Assembly: GCA_039588275.1 (NCBI GenBank)
Contig: JBDHAC010000030.1
Span: forward strand, 1 to 37,637
DNA from: Gemmatimonadota bacterium
GTDB lineage: Bacteria; Gemmatimonadota; Gemmatimonadetes; Palauibacterales; Palauibacteraceae
DNA: 37,637 nucleotides
Direction: 5' to 3'
Of this stretch, positions 9,441 to 20,028 are shown one piece after another. Numbering within the stretch: the first letter of the stretch is position 1; every line of letters begins with the position of its first letter. Made by a program: the position numbers and the translations under genes. The notes under the pieces are model-generated. The model ran no database searches. It was not told where the DNA came from and worked only from the letters and a program-made list of their open reading frames with translations.

Positions 9441-11040
9441 GCCTGCCGAGGACGCAGGAGCGTCCTTTACTCTCTTCGTCATGGTCATGGCGGCGGTGCT
9501 GCTGTCCCCGACGCTCACGTACCGGCTGGGGGTGGATCAGGCCTCGTTCGCTTACATCGGTGATCAGCTTCTGGCTGGACGCTGGCCGTACCTGGGCACC
9601 TGGGAAAGCGACTACCCCGGGATGATGTTCCTCCAGGCAGCCGAGATACTCCTCTTCGGCAAGTCCATCGCGATGTTCAGGCTGTTCGACCTGCTGTTCC
9701 AGCTCGCGAACGTCTATCTCATCTATCGCATCGCCGGGCGGCTCGGAGGGGCGGCGGGCGCCCTCCTCGCCGTGGCGGTCTCTTGCCTCATCTACCAGGG
9801 CTACGGACCCTGGAACACGGCCCAGCGCGAGGGCTTCGCCATGTTGTTCGTGCTGATCGGCTATTGGTGGTATCTGACACGCGAGCGGCGACCCGCGGTG
9901 CGAACCGCGCTCGTGATCGGCGTCGGGTTCGGGATCGCGGCGATGTTCAAGCCCACATTCCTCGCACTCGCCGGCTTCTACCTGCCGCTTGGGCTGAGGT
10001 GGTCACGAGAATCGCTTCGCAATGCGGTGGTCGCCGCAGCGGGATTCGCGGTCCCGGTAGCCGTCGTGATCGCCCTGTACGCGGTTCTGGGCGGACTGAG
10101 AGAACTATACGAAGCCACGATCGCGTATCAGTCCATCTATGCGGTGCAGCTACGCGGTGATTCCCCATGGTGGGCTTTTTGGTGGAGCAAGCTGCGCCAG
10201 ATGGGTGCGACAACCTGGCTCATCACGCTGGCCTACGTTCCGTATCTCTTCTTCGGTCGTGCGCTCCGCGAGCGTCGCATGGTCTACCTGGGTTATCTCG
10301 GCGCGCTTCTCGGCATCTTCGTGCAGGGGACCTTCGCCGGCTACCACTACCTTCCTGGTCTCGCGCTCGGCGCGATCCTGATCGGGACCGCGTTCTCGAT
10401 CACCGCCCGTGCGTTGCTCGACCGTTTGCCCTCGTTTCGCCACCGGCGGGGGACGGAGATGGCCGTCGCGATCTTGCTGGTCGTAGCGGCGATCCCCTTC
10501 TACGTGCGGGCGGACAGGGTCCAGAGGCTTGTAAGTCTGAGCTTTCTCGGGCCACCGGTCCCGGGGGAGTTCCGGGTCGGCACCGTTTTTGACTTCACCG
10601 AGGACTATGAGCTGGCTGCGTTCCTGCGGGCCCGTACGGCGCCCGATGATCGAATCCAGGTGTGGGCATACGCCCCACTCGTCTACTATCTGGCGGAACG
10701 TCGGGCTGCGAGTCGGTTCTACATGACCCACCCGCTCGTCTTGCGACCGCCCGGCGGTGAGCTTTCGAGCATGCAGCACGAGTGGCGGCGGGAGTTCCTG
10801 CGGGACATGCGCCGGAACCGCCCCGCTTTTGTTGCCGTGGCGCAACACGACGATTGGTGGTGGTCCCCGAGGGGCCTCACCTCCGAGCAGCTGTTGGGTG
10901 ACTTCCCGGAGTGGAGGTCGTTCATCGAGGACCACTACGAGCTTGAGCTCGCCGTTGGCCGGTTCCTCGTCTACGCGCCCACGGGCGGCGCGTGGAATCG
11001 TGATCGGGACGGGGATTCAGCCGTCCAGGAGAGTCAATGA
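9421..11040 (+). CDS. ArnT/GT39 (PMT-like) GT-C glycosyltransferase
   Basis: Multi-TM protein with D-x3-F-x-Y loop, PY...W...PG, AQREGF and FKPTF motifs and a periplasmic C-terminal domain. Start uncertain. Confidence 0.75.
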   Translation: MVTPRARPAEDAGASFTLFVMVMAAVLLSPTLTYRLGVDQASFAYIGDQLLAGRWPYLGTWESDYPGMMFLQAAEILLFGKSIAMFRLFDLLFQLANVYLIYRIAGRLGGAAGALLAVAVSCLIYQGYGPWNTAQREGFAMLFVLIGYWWYLTRERRPAVRTALVIGVGFGIAAMFKPTFLALAGFYLPLGLRWSRESLRNAVVAAAGFAVPVAVVIALYAVLGGLRELYEATIAYQSIYAVQLRGDSPWWAFWWSKLRQMGATTWLITLAYVPYLFFGRALRERRMVYLGYLGALLGIFVQGTFAGYHYLPGLALGAILIGTAFSITARALLDRLPSFRHRRGTEMAVAILLVVAAIPFYVRADRVQRLVSLSFLGPPVPGEFRVGTVFDFTEDYELAAFLRARTAPDDRIQVWAYAPLVYYLAERRAASRFYMTHPLVLRPPGGELSSMQHEWRREFLRDMRRNRPAFVAVAQHDDWWWSPRGLTSEQLLGDFPEWRSFIEDHYELELAVGRFLVYAPTGGAWNRDRDGDSAVQESQ

Positions 11041-12236
11041 GCCTGACAGAGCGAGAAGTCTCGAGCGACACTCAGCCCGTCCGCGGTCCAGACAGGTTCC
11101 TGGTCTTCGGGGCGCCGCTGATCGGGGATGAGGAGAAGCGGGAAGTGCTCGATTCCTTGGAGTCGGGCTGGATCGGCACGGGGCCGAAGGTGGCGGAGTT
11201 CGAGCGAGCCTTCGCCGAGTACAAGCAGGCCTCGTACGCAACGGCGGTGCACTCGTGTACGGCGGCGCTCCACCTGAGCATGGTCGCGGCTGGCCTGCAT
11301 TCCGACGACGAGGTGATCACGACGGCGCTCACCTTCGGCGCCACCGTGAACGCGATCATCCATGCCGGAGCGCGGCCGGTGATCGCGGACGTAGACCCGC
11401 GCACCTTCAACATCGATGTCGCCGATCTGGAGTCCCGCGTTACCGAGCGCACGCGAGCGATTCTCCCGGTGCACTTCGGCGGCCGACCGTGTGAGATGGA
11501 TGCCCTGTGTGACCTGGCGGAGCGACGGAACCTGTTGCTCATCGAAGACTGCGCGCATGCCGTTGAGACGCAGTACAGGGACCGCCACGTGGGCACGTTC
11601 GGCGATTATGGATGCTTCAGCTTCTACGTCACCAAGAACCTCGCGACGGGCGAAGGAGGGATGGTGCTCACGCCGGACGAGGGCTCAGCCGGTCGAATCC
11701 GGACCCTGGCGCTGCACGGCCTGACATCGGATGCCTGGAAGCGGTTCGGGGACGAGGGATACAAGCACTACAAGGTCACCGAGTGCGGCTTCAAGTACAA
11801 CATGATGGACATCCAAGCGGCCCTTGGAATCCACCAGCTGGCCCGCATCGAGGAGAACTGGGTCCGACGCCGCGAGATCTGGGAACGCTACGATCACGAG
11901 TTCGCCCGCTTGCCGGTGACGACGCCGGCGGCCCCCGAGCCAGATACTCGTCACGCGTATCACCTGTACACGATTCTTGTCGATCCCGCGCGAACCGGGC
12001 TCACGCGGGACGATTTCCTGGTCGCTATGACCGCGGAGAACATCGGGGTCGGAGTACACTACGAGAGCATCCCATCCCACCCGTACTATCACGACACATA
12101 CGGGTGGGAACCCGAGGAATACCCGCACAGCTATCGCATAGGCGAGCGGACCGTCAGCTTGCCCTTCTCGGCCAAGCTGACCGATGATGACGTGTCGGAC
12201 GTGATCCGAGCAGTCAGGAAGGTCCTGCGTGTCTGA
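11037..12236 (+). CDS. DegT/DnrJ/EryC1/StrS family PLP-dependent sugar aminotransferase (ArnB-like)
   Basis: SCTAALHL, IEDCAHA, FSFYVTKNLATGEGG and GFKYNM motifs. Confidence 0.92.
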   Translation: MSLTEREVSSDTQPVRGPDRFLVFGAPLIGDEEKREVLDSLESGWIGTGPKVAEFERAFAEYKQASYATAVHSCTAALHLSMVAAGLHSDDEVITTALTFGATVNAIIHAGARPVIADVDPRTFNIDVADLESRVTERTRAILPVHFGGRPCEMDALCDLAERRNLLLIEDCAHAVETQYRDRHVGTFGDYGCFSFYVTKNLATGEGGMVLTPDEGSAGRIRTLALHGLTSDAWKRFGDEGYKHYKVTECGFKYNMMDIQAALGIHQLARIEENWVRRREIWERYDHEFARLPVTTPAAPEPDTRHAYHLYTILVDPARTGLTRDDFLVAMTAENIGVGVHYESIPSHPYYHDTYGWEPEEYPHSYRIGERTVSLPFSAKLTDDDVSDVIRAVRKVLRV

Positions 12237-13389
12237 TATGAAGCGTTTGCTCATCACAGGCGGGGCAGGGTTCATCGGCGCGAACTTCACCCAGTTCTGG
12301 CTCCGACGGCAACCCGCCGATCAGCTCGTGGTGCTCGACGCGCTCACGTACGCGGGAAACATGGCGAGCCTCCTCCCTGTGCTCGATGATCCCCGGCTCA
12401 CGTTCGTCCACGGGGATATCTGCGACCGAGAGCTCGTCGAGCGCCTGCTGCGCGACCATCGTATCGACACGGTCGTACACTTCGCGGCCGAGAGTCATGT
12501 GGACCGGTCCATTCTCGGACCGGATGCCTTCGTACGCACCAACGTCCTGGGAACCCAAACGTTGCTGGAGGCGGCGCGCGCCAGCTGGCCACGAGATGCG
12601 GCGGGGGAGGCCGCGGAGGGCTATCGGTTCCACCACGTGTCGTCGGACGAGGTCTTCGGGAGCCTCGCCGCCGACGCACCACCAAGCACGGAGGCTGACC
12701 CGTACGCACCGAACTCTCCCTACTCGGCCAGCAAGGCGGGCTCCGATCATCTCGTGCGCGCGTACGAGCACACGTACGGACTCCCGGCAACGATCAGCAA
12801 TTGCTCCAACAACTTCGGACCCTACCAGTTTCCCGAGAAGCTCATTCCACTCATGCTCGTCCAGGCGTTCGCCGGTAAGCCCCTCCCTGTGTACGGCGAC
12901 GGTCGACACAGCCGGGATTGGGTGTCTGTGGGCGACCATTGCCTGGGAATCGCCCTCGTGCTCGAGAAAGGTCGGACCGGTGAGATGTACAACATCGGCG
13001 GCGAGAACGAGTGGGCGAACCTGGAGCTCGTCGGGCTTCTTTGCCGGCTGCTCGACGAGGAGTTCGCGAGCGAGCCCGAGCTCGGCGACCGGTTCCCCGA
13101 TGCACCGCCCGTGAACAACCGGCAGACTGCAGAGCTCATCACCTTCGTGGATGATCGACCCGGGCACGATCGACGATACGCGCTGGACATCTCCAAGGCA
13201 CGGAGTGAGCTGGGCTACGAGCCGGAGCGGAGCTTCGAAGTTTCGCTGCGTCACACGGTGCGCTGGTATCTGGAGAATCAGTCGTGGTGGGGGCCGGTGC
13301 TCGACGGGAGCTACCGCGAGTGGATGGAGGAGCAGTACGGTCTGGAGTATTCCGAGCCAGTGGCCGGTGAGACGGGGAAGCTGCGATGA
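12229..13389 (+). CDS. rfbB: dTDP-glucose 4,6-dehydratase
   Basis: [43 protein letters not shown] and [10 protein letters not shown] motifs. Confidence 0.95.
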   Translation: MSDMKRLLITGGAGFIGANFTQFWLRRQPADQLVVLDALTYAGNMASLLPVLDDPRLTFVHGDICDRELVERLLRDHRIDTVVHFAAESHVDRSILGPDAFVRTNVLGTQTLLEAARASWPRDAAGEAAEGYRFHHVSSDEVFGSLAADAPPSTEADPYAPNSPYSASKAGSDHLVRAYEHTYGLPATISNCSNNFGPYQFPEKLIPLMLVQAFAGKPLPVYGDGRHSRDWVSVGDHCLGIALVLEKGRTGEMYNIGGENEWANLELVGLLCRLLDEEFASEPELGDRFPDAPPVNNRQTAELITFVDDRPGHDRRYALDISKARSELGYEPERSFEVSLRHTVRWYLENQSWWGPVLDGSYREWMEEQYGLEYSEPVAGETGKLR

Positions 13390-13402
13390 GGAGGGGATCG
13401 CG

Positions 13403-14284
13403 ATGAGGGGGATCATCCTCGCGGGAGGGTCCGGGACGCGTCTCTACCCGCTGACCAAGTCGATCAACAAGCAGTTGATCCCCGTGTATGACAAACCGAT
13501 GATTTACTATCCGTTGTCGGTGCTCATGTTGGCCGGCATCCGGGATATTCTCATCATCTCATCCCCGCAGGATCTCCCGCTGTTCGCGAATCAGCTGGAG
13601 GACGGCAGTCAGTGGGGGCTCTCGCTGCAGTACGCGGAGCAGCCACATCCCGAGGGCCTCGCTCAGGCTTTCCTGATCGGTGCGGACTTCATCGGCGATG
13701 ACGCCGTGTCGCTCATTCTCGGCGACAACGTCTTCTTCGGCGATGGACTGTGGAAGCAGATGCGCAACGCGGCCAGGCTCGAAAGGGGAGCGCACATCTT
13801 CTGCTATTACGTGAACGATCCCCAGGAGTACGGGGTCGTGAAGTTCGACGAAGCGGGTAAAGTGGTCGACATCGTCGAAAAGCCCCGTGTACCCCCATCC
13901 CACTACGCCGTCACAGGACTGTATTTCTACGATGCCTCCGTGGTCGAGATCGCCAGGAGCCTCTCGCCATCACCACGCGGCGAGCTCGAGATCACCGATG
14001 TGAACCGTCGGTACCTGGCGCGCGGTGAGCTGGAGGTGGAGATCATCGGTAGAGGGATCGCGTGGCTGGATACCGGAACCCACGAATCCCTCCTGCAGGC
14101 CGCCAACTTCGTCGAAGTCGTTCAGAGTCGGCAGGGCCTCCAGATCGCCTGCCTCGAGGAGATCGCGTGGCGGAACGGCTTCATCGATGCCGCGCAGTTG
14201 GAGAGGCTCGCGCAGGGCCTCGGATCGAGCCAATACGGACGGTACGTGCTCAGCCTGTTGAGCGAGAGCGCCCGATCCGAGTGA
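13403..14284 (+). CDS. rfbA: Glucose-1-phosphate thymidylyltransferase
   Basis: [43 protein letters not shown] and WLDTGT motifs; RBS GAGGAGG upstream. Confidence 0.96.
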   Translation: MRGIILAGGSGTRLYPLTKSINKQLIPVYDKPMIYYPLSVLMLAGIRDILIISSPQDLPLFANQLEDGSQWGLSLQYAEQPHPEGLAQAFLIGADFIGDDAVSLILGDNVFFGDGLWKQMRNAARLERGAHIFCYYVNDPQEYGVVKFDEAGKVVDIVEKPRVPPSHYAVTGLYFYDASVVEIARSLSPSPRGELEITDVNRRYLARGELEVEIIGRGIAWLDTGTHESLLQAANFVEVVQSRQGLQIACLEEIAWRNGFIDAAQLERLAQGLGSSQYGRYVLSLLSESARSE

Positions 14285-14318
14285 AGTTCGGCGATCGCTG
14301 AGGCGCGGTCGAGCGCCC

Positions 14319-15443
14319 CTAGCCCGCGGCGGCTGGCTGGAGCTCCTCCACCAGCTCCGCGATCCTGCCAAGCGCCTCCCCCAACTCCGCGGCGGGATTC
14401 CCGAACCCGATCCGCAGGTAGCGGTCCATCCCGAAATGGTCCCCGGGAACCACCAAAACATCCTTCTCGGCTCGTAGCCGCTCGGCGAGGTCCGATGAGT
14501 TGATGTCCAGCGCGTAGCGCAGATAACAGATAGCGCCGGCCGCCGGGGGGATGTAGCGGAACAGCGCGGCCCGGTTATCGAGCCACTCCTTCAGGATGTC
14601 GAGATTGCCGCGGATGATCCCCCGCGTACGCTCCAGGACCCGGGCGCGCACATCGGGAGCGAGGACCGCGGCCGCGGCCGGATCCGACAGGGCCGTGGGG
14701 GCGATCGTCGTGTAGTCCTTCCGCGCCCAGAACTCCTCGTGCATCTCCTCGCGGGCCACGATCCAGCCGAGGCGAAGACCCGGAAGTCCATATGCCTTCG
14801 ACAGAGAGCCGCTCACGATCACCCGTTCGTAGCGGCCCCAGAAGCTCGGTGTCTCGACCCCGTCGACCTCGGCCCCGGTGTACACTTCGTCCGACAGCAC
14901 CCACGCGCCGGCCCGTTGGGCGGCCGAGACGATCTCCTCCATCGCTTCCGCCGACAGCACCGCCCCCGTGGGATTATTGGGATTCGTCACCACGACCAGG
15001 CGGGTCCCGGGGGCGATGGCCGCGGCCGCGGCTCCCGGCTGCGGTTGCCACCCGAGCGATTCCTCGAGCTGGAATCGGACGACCTCGGCCCCCAATCCCT
15101 CTGCCAGACCCGGCGTCTGGCCGTAGGTCGGCTCCAGCACCACGACCCGATCGCCGGGCGAAATCAGCCGCCACAGGACCACGTAGTTAGCCTCGGCCCC
15201 ACCGGTGGTCGCGATGACGTTCTCCGGCCGGGCGCCGTCGTACAGACCGGCGATCCGTCCCTTGAGCAGATCCGAACCGTCGCTTTGGGTGTAGCCGAGC
15301 AGGATATCGGCCGGCTCCAGGCCGGTGAGCGAGAGGAGCTCAGCCAGGGTGAACGGATGCACGCCGCTCTCGGAAAGGTTGTAGCGGACGCGGTGTTCGT
15401 ACGTCGACTGCCATCGCTCCATCGCGAAGGGGGGTAGACCCAT
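14319..15443 (-). CDS. Class I/II PLP-dependent aminotransferase
   Basis: NLSESG, TNPNNPTG, DEVY and SLSKAYGLPGLRLGW motifs; AGGAGG upstream of ATG 15443. Confidence 0.9.
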   Translation of the reverse strand: MGLPPFAMERWQSTYEHRVRYNLSESGVHPFTLAELLSLTGLEPADILLGYTQSDGSDLLKGRIAGLYDGARPENVIATTGGAEANYVVLWRLISPGDRVVVLEPTYGQTPGLAEGLGAEVVRFQLEESLGWQPQPGAAAAAIAPGTRLVVVTNPNNPTGAVLSAEAMEEIVSAAQRAGAWVLSDEVYTGAEVDGVETPSFWGRYERVIVSGSLSKAYGLPGLRLGWIVAREEMHEEFWARKDYTTIAPTALSDPAAAAVLAPDVRARVLERTRGIIRGNLDILKEWLDNRAALFRYIPPAAGAICYLRYALDINSSDLAERLRAEKDVLVVPGDHFGMDRYLRIGFGNPAAELGEALGRIAELVEELQPAAAG

Positions 15444-15572
15444 GCACGCTCCTCCTGGCAGGCCGAGGGTTACTCCACGCGGGCCGCGGTACGGGCGCCG
15501 GGCACCGGCCCCGTCGGCGACCGCCGCCACGCGGACCTCATCTAGCTCGAAGGCCAAACAGGCGCCAGGCTC

Positions 15573-16379
15573 GTGATGCCCGGAAGCGAGCGCCTCCGGA
15601 CGCCGACCCTGCACGCGCGAGCGGCTCTCGCGGGGCTTCTGATCTCCGAGATCTCGTATCCGCCCGGCGAGAGGCAGCCGAAGCACTCACACCCCCAGAC
15701 TTCGGTGACGCTCGTGTTCGAAGGGTCTCTCGATGAACGAGTCGGGCGGGTGGACGAGGCGGCAGGCCCGCTGAGCGTGGTGATGAAGCCTGCGGGCGTT
15801 GAGCACTCCAATCGAATCGGGGAGACAGGCGCCACCACCCTCCAGCTGACGCTCGCTCGGGGGTTCCTCGAAGCGGACCACCGCGGGGAAAGGCCGGAAT
15901 GGGGCTGGATCCACGGCGGGCCCGTCGCACGATCCTTTCTGACGCTCCTCGCGAACTGGCGTGCCGGGGCCGCGGACGAGACGGAGCTCGAAGGTCTGGT
16001 CCTGGACGTCTTGTCGACCTTCCCGGTCATCTCCGACGTGCCGGCCCGGCATCCGCCGCAATGGCTTCGTCGCGCCGCCGAGCACGTGGACGACAGCTTC
16101 CGCGCGCCGCCGCGCGTCTGTGACCTGGCCGAGGCCGCCGGCGTGCACCCCGTCGCGTTGGCGCGGGCGCACCGCCGCCACTTCGGCAAGTCGATCACGG
16201 ATCGCATCCGCGGGCACCGTGTCCGATCGGCAGCCCACCTGCTCGCCGACACGCGCACCCCGCTCGGGCAGGTCGCGTACACCGTCGGGTTCGCCGATCA
16301 GAGCCACCTGTGTCGCGTCTTCAAGGCGGCAACCGGGCTCACACCCGGGCGTTTCAGGCGGCTCGCCCGCACCGTCTGA
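15573..16379 (+). CDS. AraC family transcriptional regulator (cupin + double HTH)
   Basis: Cupin HSH...H motif, AGVHPVALAR and GFADQSHLCRVFK...G.TP. Confidence 0.92.
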   Translation: MMPGSERLRTPTLHARAALAGLLISEISYPPGERQPKHSHPQTSVTLVFEGSLDERVGRVDEAAGPLSVVMKPAGVEHSNRIGETGATTLQLTLARGFLEADHRGERPEWGWIHGGPVARSFLTLLANWRAGAADETELEGLVLDVLSTFPVISDVPARHPPQWLRRAAEHVDDSFRAPPRVCDLAEAAGVHPVALARAHRRHFGKSITDRIRGHRVRSAAHLLADTRTPLGQVAYTVGFADQSHLCRVFKAATGLTPGRFRRLARTV

Positions 16380-16460
16380 CGCCCGCGCCTCTGCCCGACG
16401 CCCGCGCTTCCCCGTGACACCTTGCGGGCTACCGACGCCCTGCGGCCACACTGACGCCTC
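16377..16460 (+). repeat. Degenerate ~18-19 bp tandem repeat (4-5 units) starting at the araC stop codon
   Basis: Units TGACGCCCGCGCCTCTGCC / CGACGCCCGCGCTTCCCCG / TGACACCTTGCGGGCTAC / CGACGCCCTGCGGCCACAC / TGACGCCTCC. Confidence 0.5.
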
Positions 16461-16464
16461 CACG

Positions 16465-16506
16465 GTTTCAAACGTTCAAGACAGCGCTTCCAACTCCGGG
16501 CATATT
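16465..16506 (+). promoter_or_regulatory. Putative AraC-dependent promoter/operator
   Basis: AT-rich GTTTCAAACGTTCAAGAC (repeated TTCAA) downstream of araC, CATATT -10-like box 18 bp later, then GAGGAGG and ATG 16552. Confidence 0.4.
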
Positions 16507-16551
16507 CGGTGATCGGTGGGCGTCCGGAAGGCAACGAGGAGGGCTGGATCC

Positions 16552-16707
16552 ATGCGCAAAGCGTACAGAAACCCGAACCCCGGCCGTTCCGCGCGTCCGC
16601 GGCTGCTCGGGCTGACGGCGCACTCGACGGCCTTCGTGAATGGGGACCCGGCCGCGACCTTCTTGTCGAGGGGCCAGGAGGTTGACGAGTGCCCGTTCGC
16701 CTTCTGA
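16552..16707 (+). pseudogene. Short ORF (51 aa), probably the truncated 5' end of an exported protein gene
   Basis: Strong RBS. Basic n-region and start of a hydrophobic stretch (MRKAYRNPNPGRSARPRLLGLTA), then runs into a structured element. Confidence 0.3.
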
Positions 16708-16796
16708 ATCCCTTTTGACGCGCTTCCGGCCCCGTCAAGACTGGCAAGCCCACCATGCGAGGGGTCTCAGGGGCGGTTCCTTCGGGGCCGCCCCTG
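16614..16796. ncRNA. Candidate structured RNA or mobile-element non-coding remnant
   Basis: Hand-identified stems 16620-16635/16677-16692, 16650-16675, 16692-16700/16757-16764 (enclosing hairpin 16713-16740), and a strong hairpin 16768-16796. Confidence 0.4.
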
Positions 16797-16875
16797 CCTG
16801 CGCCTGGCCCCTCCACGCTCTTGATCTCGTCTCTCGCGGAGCTGCACTTCACCTAGACGAGGCGGGGGTCGGCCT

Positions 16876-16916
16876 CGGGACAGGTTGATCATCTCGAATT
16901 CGCGTCCGCGGCAGCG
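16876..16916 (-). repeat. 41-bp diverged copy of part of the DUF35 gene (21411-21451)
   Basis: 36/41 identical, with an exact 23-bp core TCGAATTCGCGTCCGCGGCAGCG at 16894-16916 and 21429-21451. Confidence 0.85.
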
Positions 16917-17108
16917 GGGCGCTCCGGTATCTTCGACAGGAGTTCCGCAGGGTCTCGTTCTGACCGGCGCTGCAGGCGCCTCCGCACGCGGTAGCGCAGG
17001 GGCTGTGGCCCTCGGGTTCCGATGCCGCTCTCTTTCCGTTCTCGCGGGGTCCCGCGTTACCGCGGGGTACCACCGAACTGAGGGCGCAGAAGGGGTGTTG
17101 GGAGCTTC

Positions 17109-17768
17109 ATGAAGCCGGATTCAACAGGCGGTCTGTCGGCCTGCGACATTCGCGCGCGATTGTCCGGTACACAGCCTGCGGAAGATCCCGCCCAGGTTGA
17201 TGTGGCAGTCGCGACCCGAGATTGGCGACCGGGGTTTCGCGAGCGCCTCACCGACACGCTGGCTCCCGCCGCGGTATTGACCCCAATGCTCGATCGACCC
17301 GACGGCCTTTCCGTGCTCTTCACCCGCCGGTCGGCAAAGCTCAAACACCACGCCGGCCAAGTCAGCTTCCCGGGTGGCCGCATGGAGGGTCGCGACGCCG
17401 ATGTCGTCGATACGGCACTGCGCGAAACCTACGAAGAGCTCGGCATCCGCCCGCAGCAGGTCGAGGTGGTCGGTTTCCTGTCCCCGATTCCTACGCTTAC
17501 CGGGTACGCGGTGACGCCGGTCGTGGGCCTGCTCGCCAACGAGACTCGACTTACCGTCGATCGCACGGAGGTCGAGTCCGTATTCGAGGTTCCCCTTGGC
17601 TACCTGTTAGATCCGGCAAGTCAGCGACAGGGATCCGGCAACCTCGATCGTGTGGCGTATCCCATAGAGTTCCACTTCGACGGTCACCGCATCTGGGGCG
17701 TCACTGCGTCCATAATGATCGCCCTGCGAGAGGCTCTGTTGCAGGACGATGGGCCGTCAGGGGCGTAG
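17109..17768 (+). CDS. nudL: Nudix CoA pyrophosphatase (NudL/PCD1-like)
   Basis: LFTRRSAKLKHHAGQVSFPGG motif, Nudix box ALRETYEELG, and IWGVTA. Confidence 0.9.
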   Translation: MKPDSTGGLSACDIRARLSGTQPAEDPAQVDVAVATRDWRPGFRERLTDTLAPAAVLTPMLDRPDGLSVLFTRRSAKLKHHAGQVSFPGGRMEGRDADVVDTALRETYEELGIRPQQVEVVGFLSPIPTLTGYAVTPVVGLLANETRLTVDRTEVESVFEVPLGYLLDPASQRQGSGNLDRVAYPIEFHFDGHRIWGVTASIMIALREALLQDDGPSGA

Positions 17769-17802
17769 ATATCGTACACGATCCCGGTCCGCGTCGCCGC
17801 GA

Positions 17803-20028
17803 CTAAGGACTGGTTGAGGGTATCCGACGTCGGATCGGCAGACGGCGGATCCGCCGACCGGTCGCCGCGAAGATGGCGTTGGCGACCGCCGGTGCGACCG
17901 GCGGGAGGGGCGGTTCTCCGAGGCCGTATGGCGGGACGGTGCTCTCGACGAACACCGCCTCTACATCCGGAACTTGATTGAAGCGGAGCAGAGGGTACCC
18001 GTCGAAGTTCCGCGGGCTCGCGAGCCCGTCTTCGATCACGATCTCGCTGTGAAGGGCGGCATCGAGGCCCTGTAGCACGCCCCCCTGCACCTGGGCTTCG
18101 GCGCTGCTGCGGTTCACCACGATCCCGCAGTCCAGGACAGCGACGATGCGGTCCACTCGCAGCTCACCATCCGGACTCACCGTGATCTCCGCCACTTCCG
18201 CGGCGTAGGTGCCGAAGGTGAAGTGCGCCGCAAAGCCGCGGCCACGTCCTTCCCCAACCGGTGAGCCCCATTCACCGCGCTCCGCTGCGACGCGAATCAC
18301 ATGGGCCATTCGGCCCGTGTCGAAGAGGGGCCCGCCGTGGTCACCGTACGGAAGCTCGCGTGGTTCGCCCAGCATCTCGAGACGGGATTCGACCGGGTCG
18401 CGCCCCGCGGCGTGCGCGAGCTCGTCCACGAAAGACTGCACCGCGAAGGCGTTGCCGGAGTGGAGCGTGGCCCGCCAGGCACCCGTCGGGATGGAGGTGG
18501 GAACCGACGAGTACTCGTATCGGACGTCCGGGATGCAGCCCGCCGGAAAATCGTCGGCGTACATCTCGGATGCCGCCGGGCCCGCCGGATCGTTGCGGAA
18601 TTCGTACCGCGAAGTGCTCACCAGACGGTGCAACCACCCTGTTGGCCGGCCGTCACGGTCGAGACTCGCCCGAAGCCGGTGATAGCCAGCGGGTCGGTAG
18701 TAACCGTGGCGCAGGTCGTCGTCACGCGTCCACAGCACCTGCACCGGCGCGCCGACCGCGTCCGAGAGATAGACCGCTTCGGCCGCGTAATCGCCCAACA
18801 GGCGGCGACCGAAGCCACCACCCACTCTCTGCATGTGAACGGCGATCGAGCCTCTTGGGAGTCCGGTAATCGCCGCCGCGAGCTGCTGAACGGTCCCTGG
18901 GCTCTGGGTCGGCGCCCAGATGTCGCACCCGTCCTCGCGCACGTGCGCCGTGCAGTTCTGTGGCTCCATGGGGGCATGCGCCAGGAACGGCACCTCGTAG
19001 TCCGCTTCGATCACCTGCGCAGCCACGGCTTCGGCCGTCGCCACGTCGCCGTCGTCGCGGAGAATCGTCCTTCCCGGCTGCTCGATGACCTCTGCGAAGC
19101 GGGCACGCAGGTCTTGAGTGCTTTCGGCGCCACGAGGCCCGGGCGACCACTCCACATCGAGCGCCTCGCGCCCATTCAGGGCCGCCCAGGTCGAGTTTGC
19201 CAGCACCGCCACCCCGTCCACCATGTGCGTGGGGTTCGGTCGCCCCTCGATGCGGCGAACCGCCTCCACGCCGGGGACGGCCAGAGCCCGCTCCGGGTCG
19301 TAGTCCACGACCGTGGCGCCGTACGTGGGGGGGCGCGACACCACGGCATACAGCATCCCCTCGACCCTGACGTCGAGCCCGAATCGCTGGCTGCCTCGCA
19401 CTATGGCCGGGTTGTCCACTCCCGGCACTCGGGAGCCGAGGAGCCGGTACTCCGACGGGCGTTTCGGCTCGACGTCCCGCGGCATGGGAAGCCGCGCGGC
19501 CTCCGCCGCCAGCTCCCCATATCCGAGCCTCCGCCCCGTGGCCGGGTGAGCCACAGACCCCGCCTCGGTCGTGCACTCCGCGGCGTCGACCCCCCAGCGC
19601 CCGGCGGCCGCGGCGACCAGGAGCGCCCTGGCCGAGGCGCCCGCGATCCGTAGCGAGTCCCAGCTGCTCCTGAGGCCCCAGCTGCCACCCGCGAACTGTG
19701 CACCGTAACTCCGCTCGTCCAGGTCCGCCTGTCGCACCCGCACCCGTGACCACTCGACGTCGAGCTCCTCCGCGACCACCAACGGGAGGGCCGTCTTCGA
19801 GCCCTGCCCGATCTCCGGGTTCTTGGCGGTGATCGTCACGCTGCCGTCGAGCGCGATCTCTATGAACACGTTGATCACGGTCGGTTCCGCACCGGGTACG
19901 GCCTTCGCCAGGCTCGTCGAGGCCGTCGGCACCGTGACGGCGACCAGGAGGCCTCCGCCGGCCGCGGTACCGACCTTCACGAAGTCGCGGCGAGTGAGGA
20001 CCCGTTCCCCCGCATCGCGGGCGCTCAT
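17803..20028 (-). CDS. iorB: Xanthine dehydrogenase family molybdopterin-binding subunit (isoquinoline 1-oxidoreductase beta-like), Tat signal
   Basis: TRRDFVK twin-arginine motif, EIGQG, HAPMEP, GGGFGRR and GLGEPP. ATG 20028 overlaps the iorA stop. Confidence 0.9.
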   Translation of the reverse strand: MSARDAGERVLTRRDFVKVGTAAGGGLLVAVTVPTASTSLAKAVPGAEPTVINVFIEIALDGSVTITAKNPEIGQGSKTALPLVVAEELDVEWSRVRVRQADLDERSYGAQFAGGSWGLRSSWDSLRIAGASARALLVAAAAGRWGVDAAECTTEAGSVAHPATGRRLGYGELAAEAARLPMPRDVEPKRPSEYRLLGSRVPGVDNPAIVRGSQRFGLDVRVEGMLYAVVSRPPTYGATVVDYDPERALAVPGVEAVRRIEGRPNPTHMVDGVAVLANSTWAALNGREALDVEWSPGPRGAESTQDLRARFAEVIEQPGRTILRDDGDVATAEAVAAQVIEADYEVPFLAHAPMEPQNCTAHVREDGCDIWAPTQSPGTVQQLAAAITGLPRGSIAVHMQRVGGGFGRRLLGDYAAEAVYLSDAVGAPVQVLWTRDDDLRHGYYRPAGYHRLRASLDRDGRPTGWLHRLVSTSRYEFRNDPAGPAASEMYADDFPAGCIPDVRYEYSSVPTSIPTGAWRATLHSGNAFAVQSFVDELAHAAGRDPVESRLEMLGEPRELPYGDHGGPLFDTGRMAHVIRVAAERGEWGSPVGEGRGRGFAAHFTFGTYAAEVAEITVSPDGELRVDRIVAVLDCGIVVNRSSAEAQVQGGVLQGLDAALHSEIVIEDGLASPRNFDGYPLLRFNQVPDVEAVFVESTVPPYGLGEPPLPPVAPAVANAIFAATGRRIRRLPIRRRIPSTSP

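Noticed and set aside
12214..13416. Long antisense or alternate-frame ORFs (e.g. 12214-13416, 18301-19653, 21580-22839, 27769-28944, 30275-31426)
   Set aside because: Shadow ORFs typical of high-GC coding DNA, overlapping well-supported genes.
16614..17100. Known RNA families (6S, tmRNA, c-di-AMP, glmS, TPP)
   Set aside because: Only short fragments resemble them (CCCACC, TTCGACAGG, CTGAATCC); the full conserved motifs and ends are missing. A cmscan would settle it.
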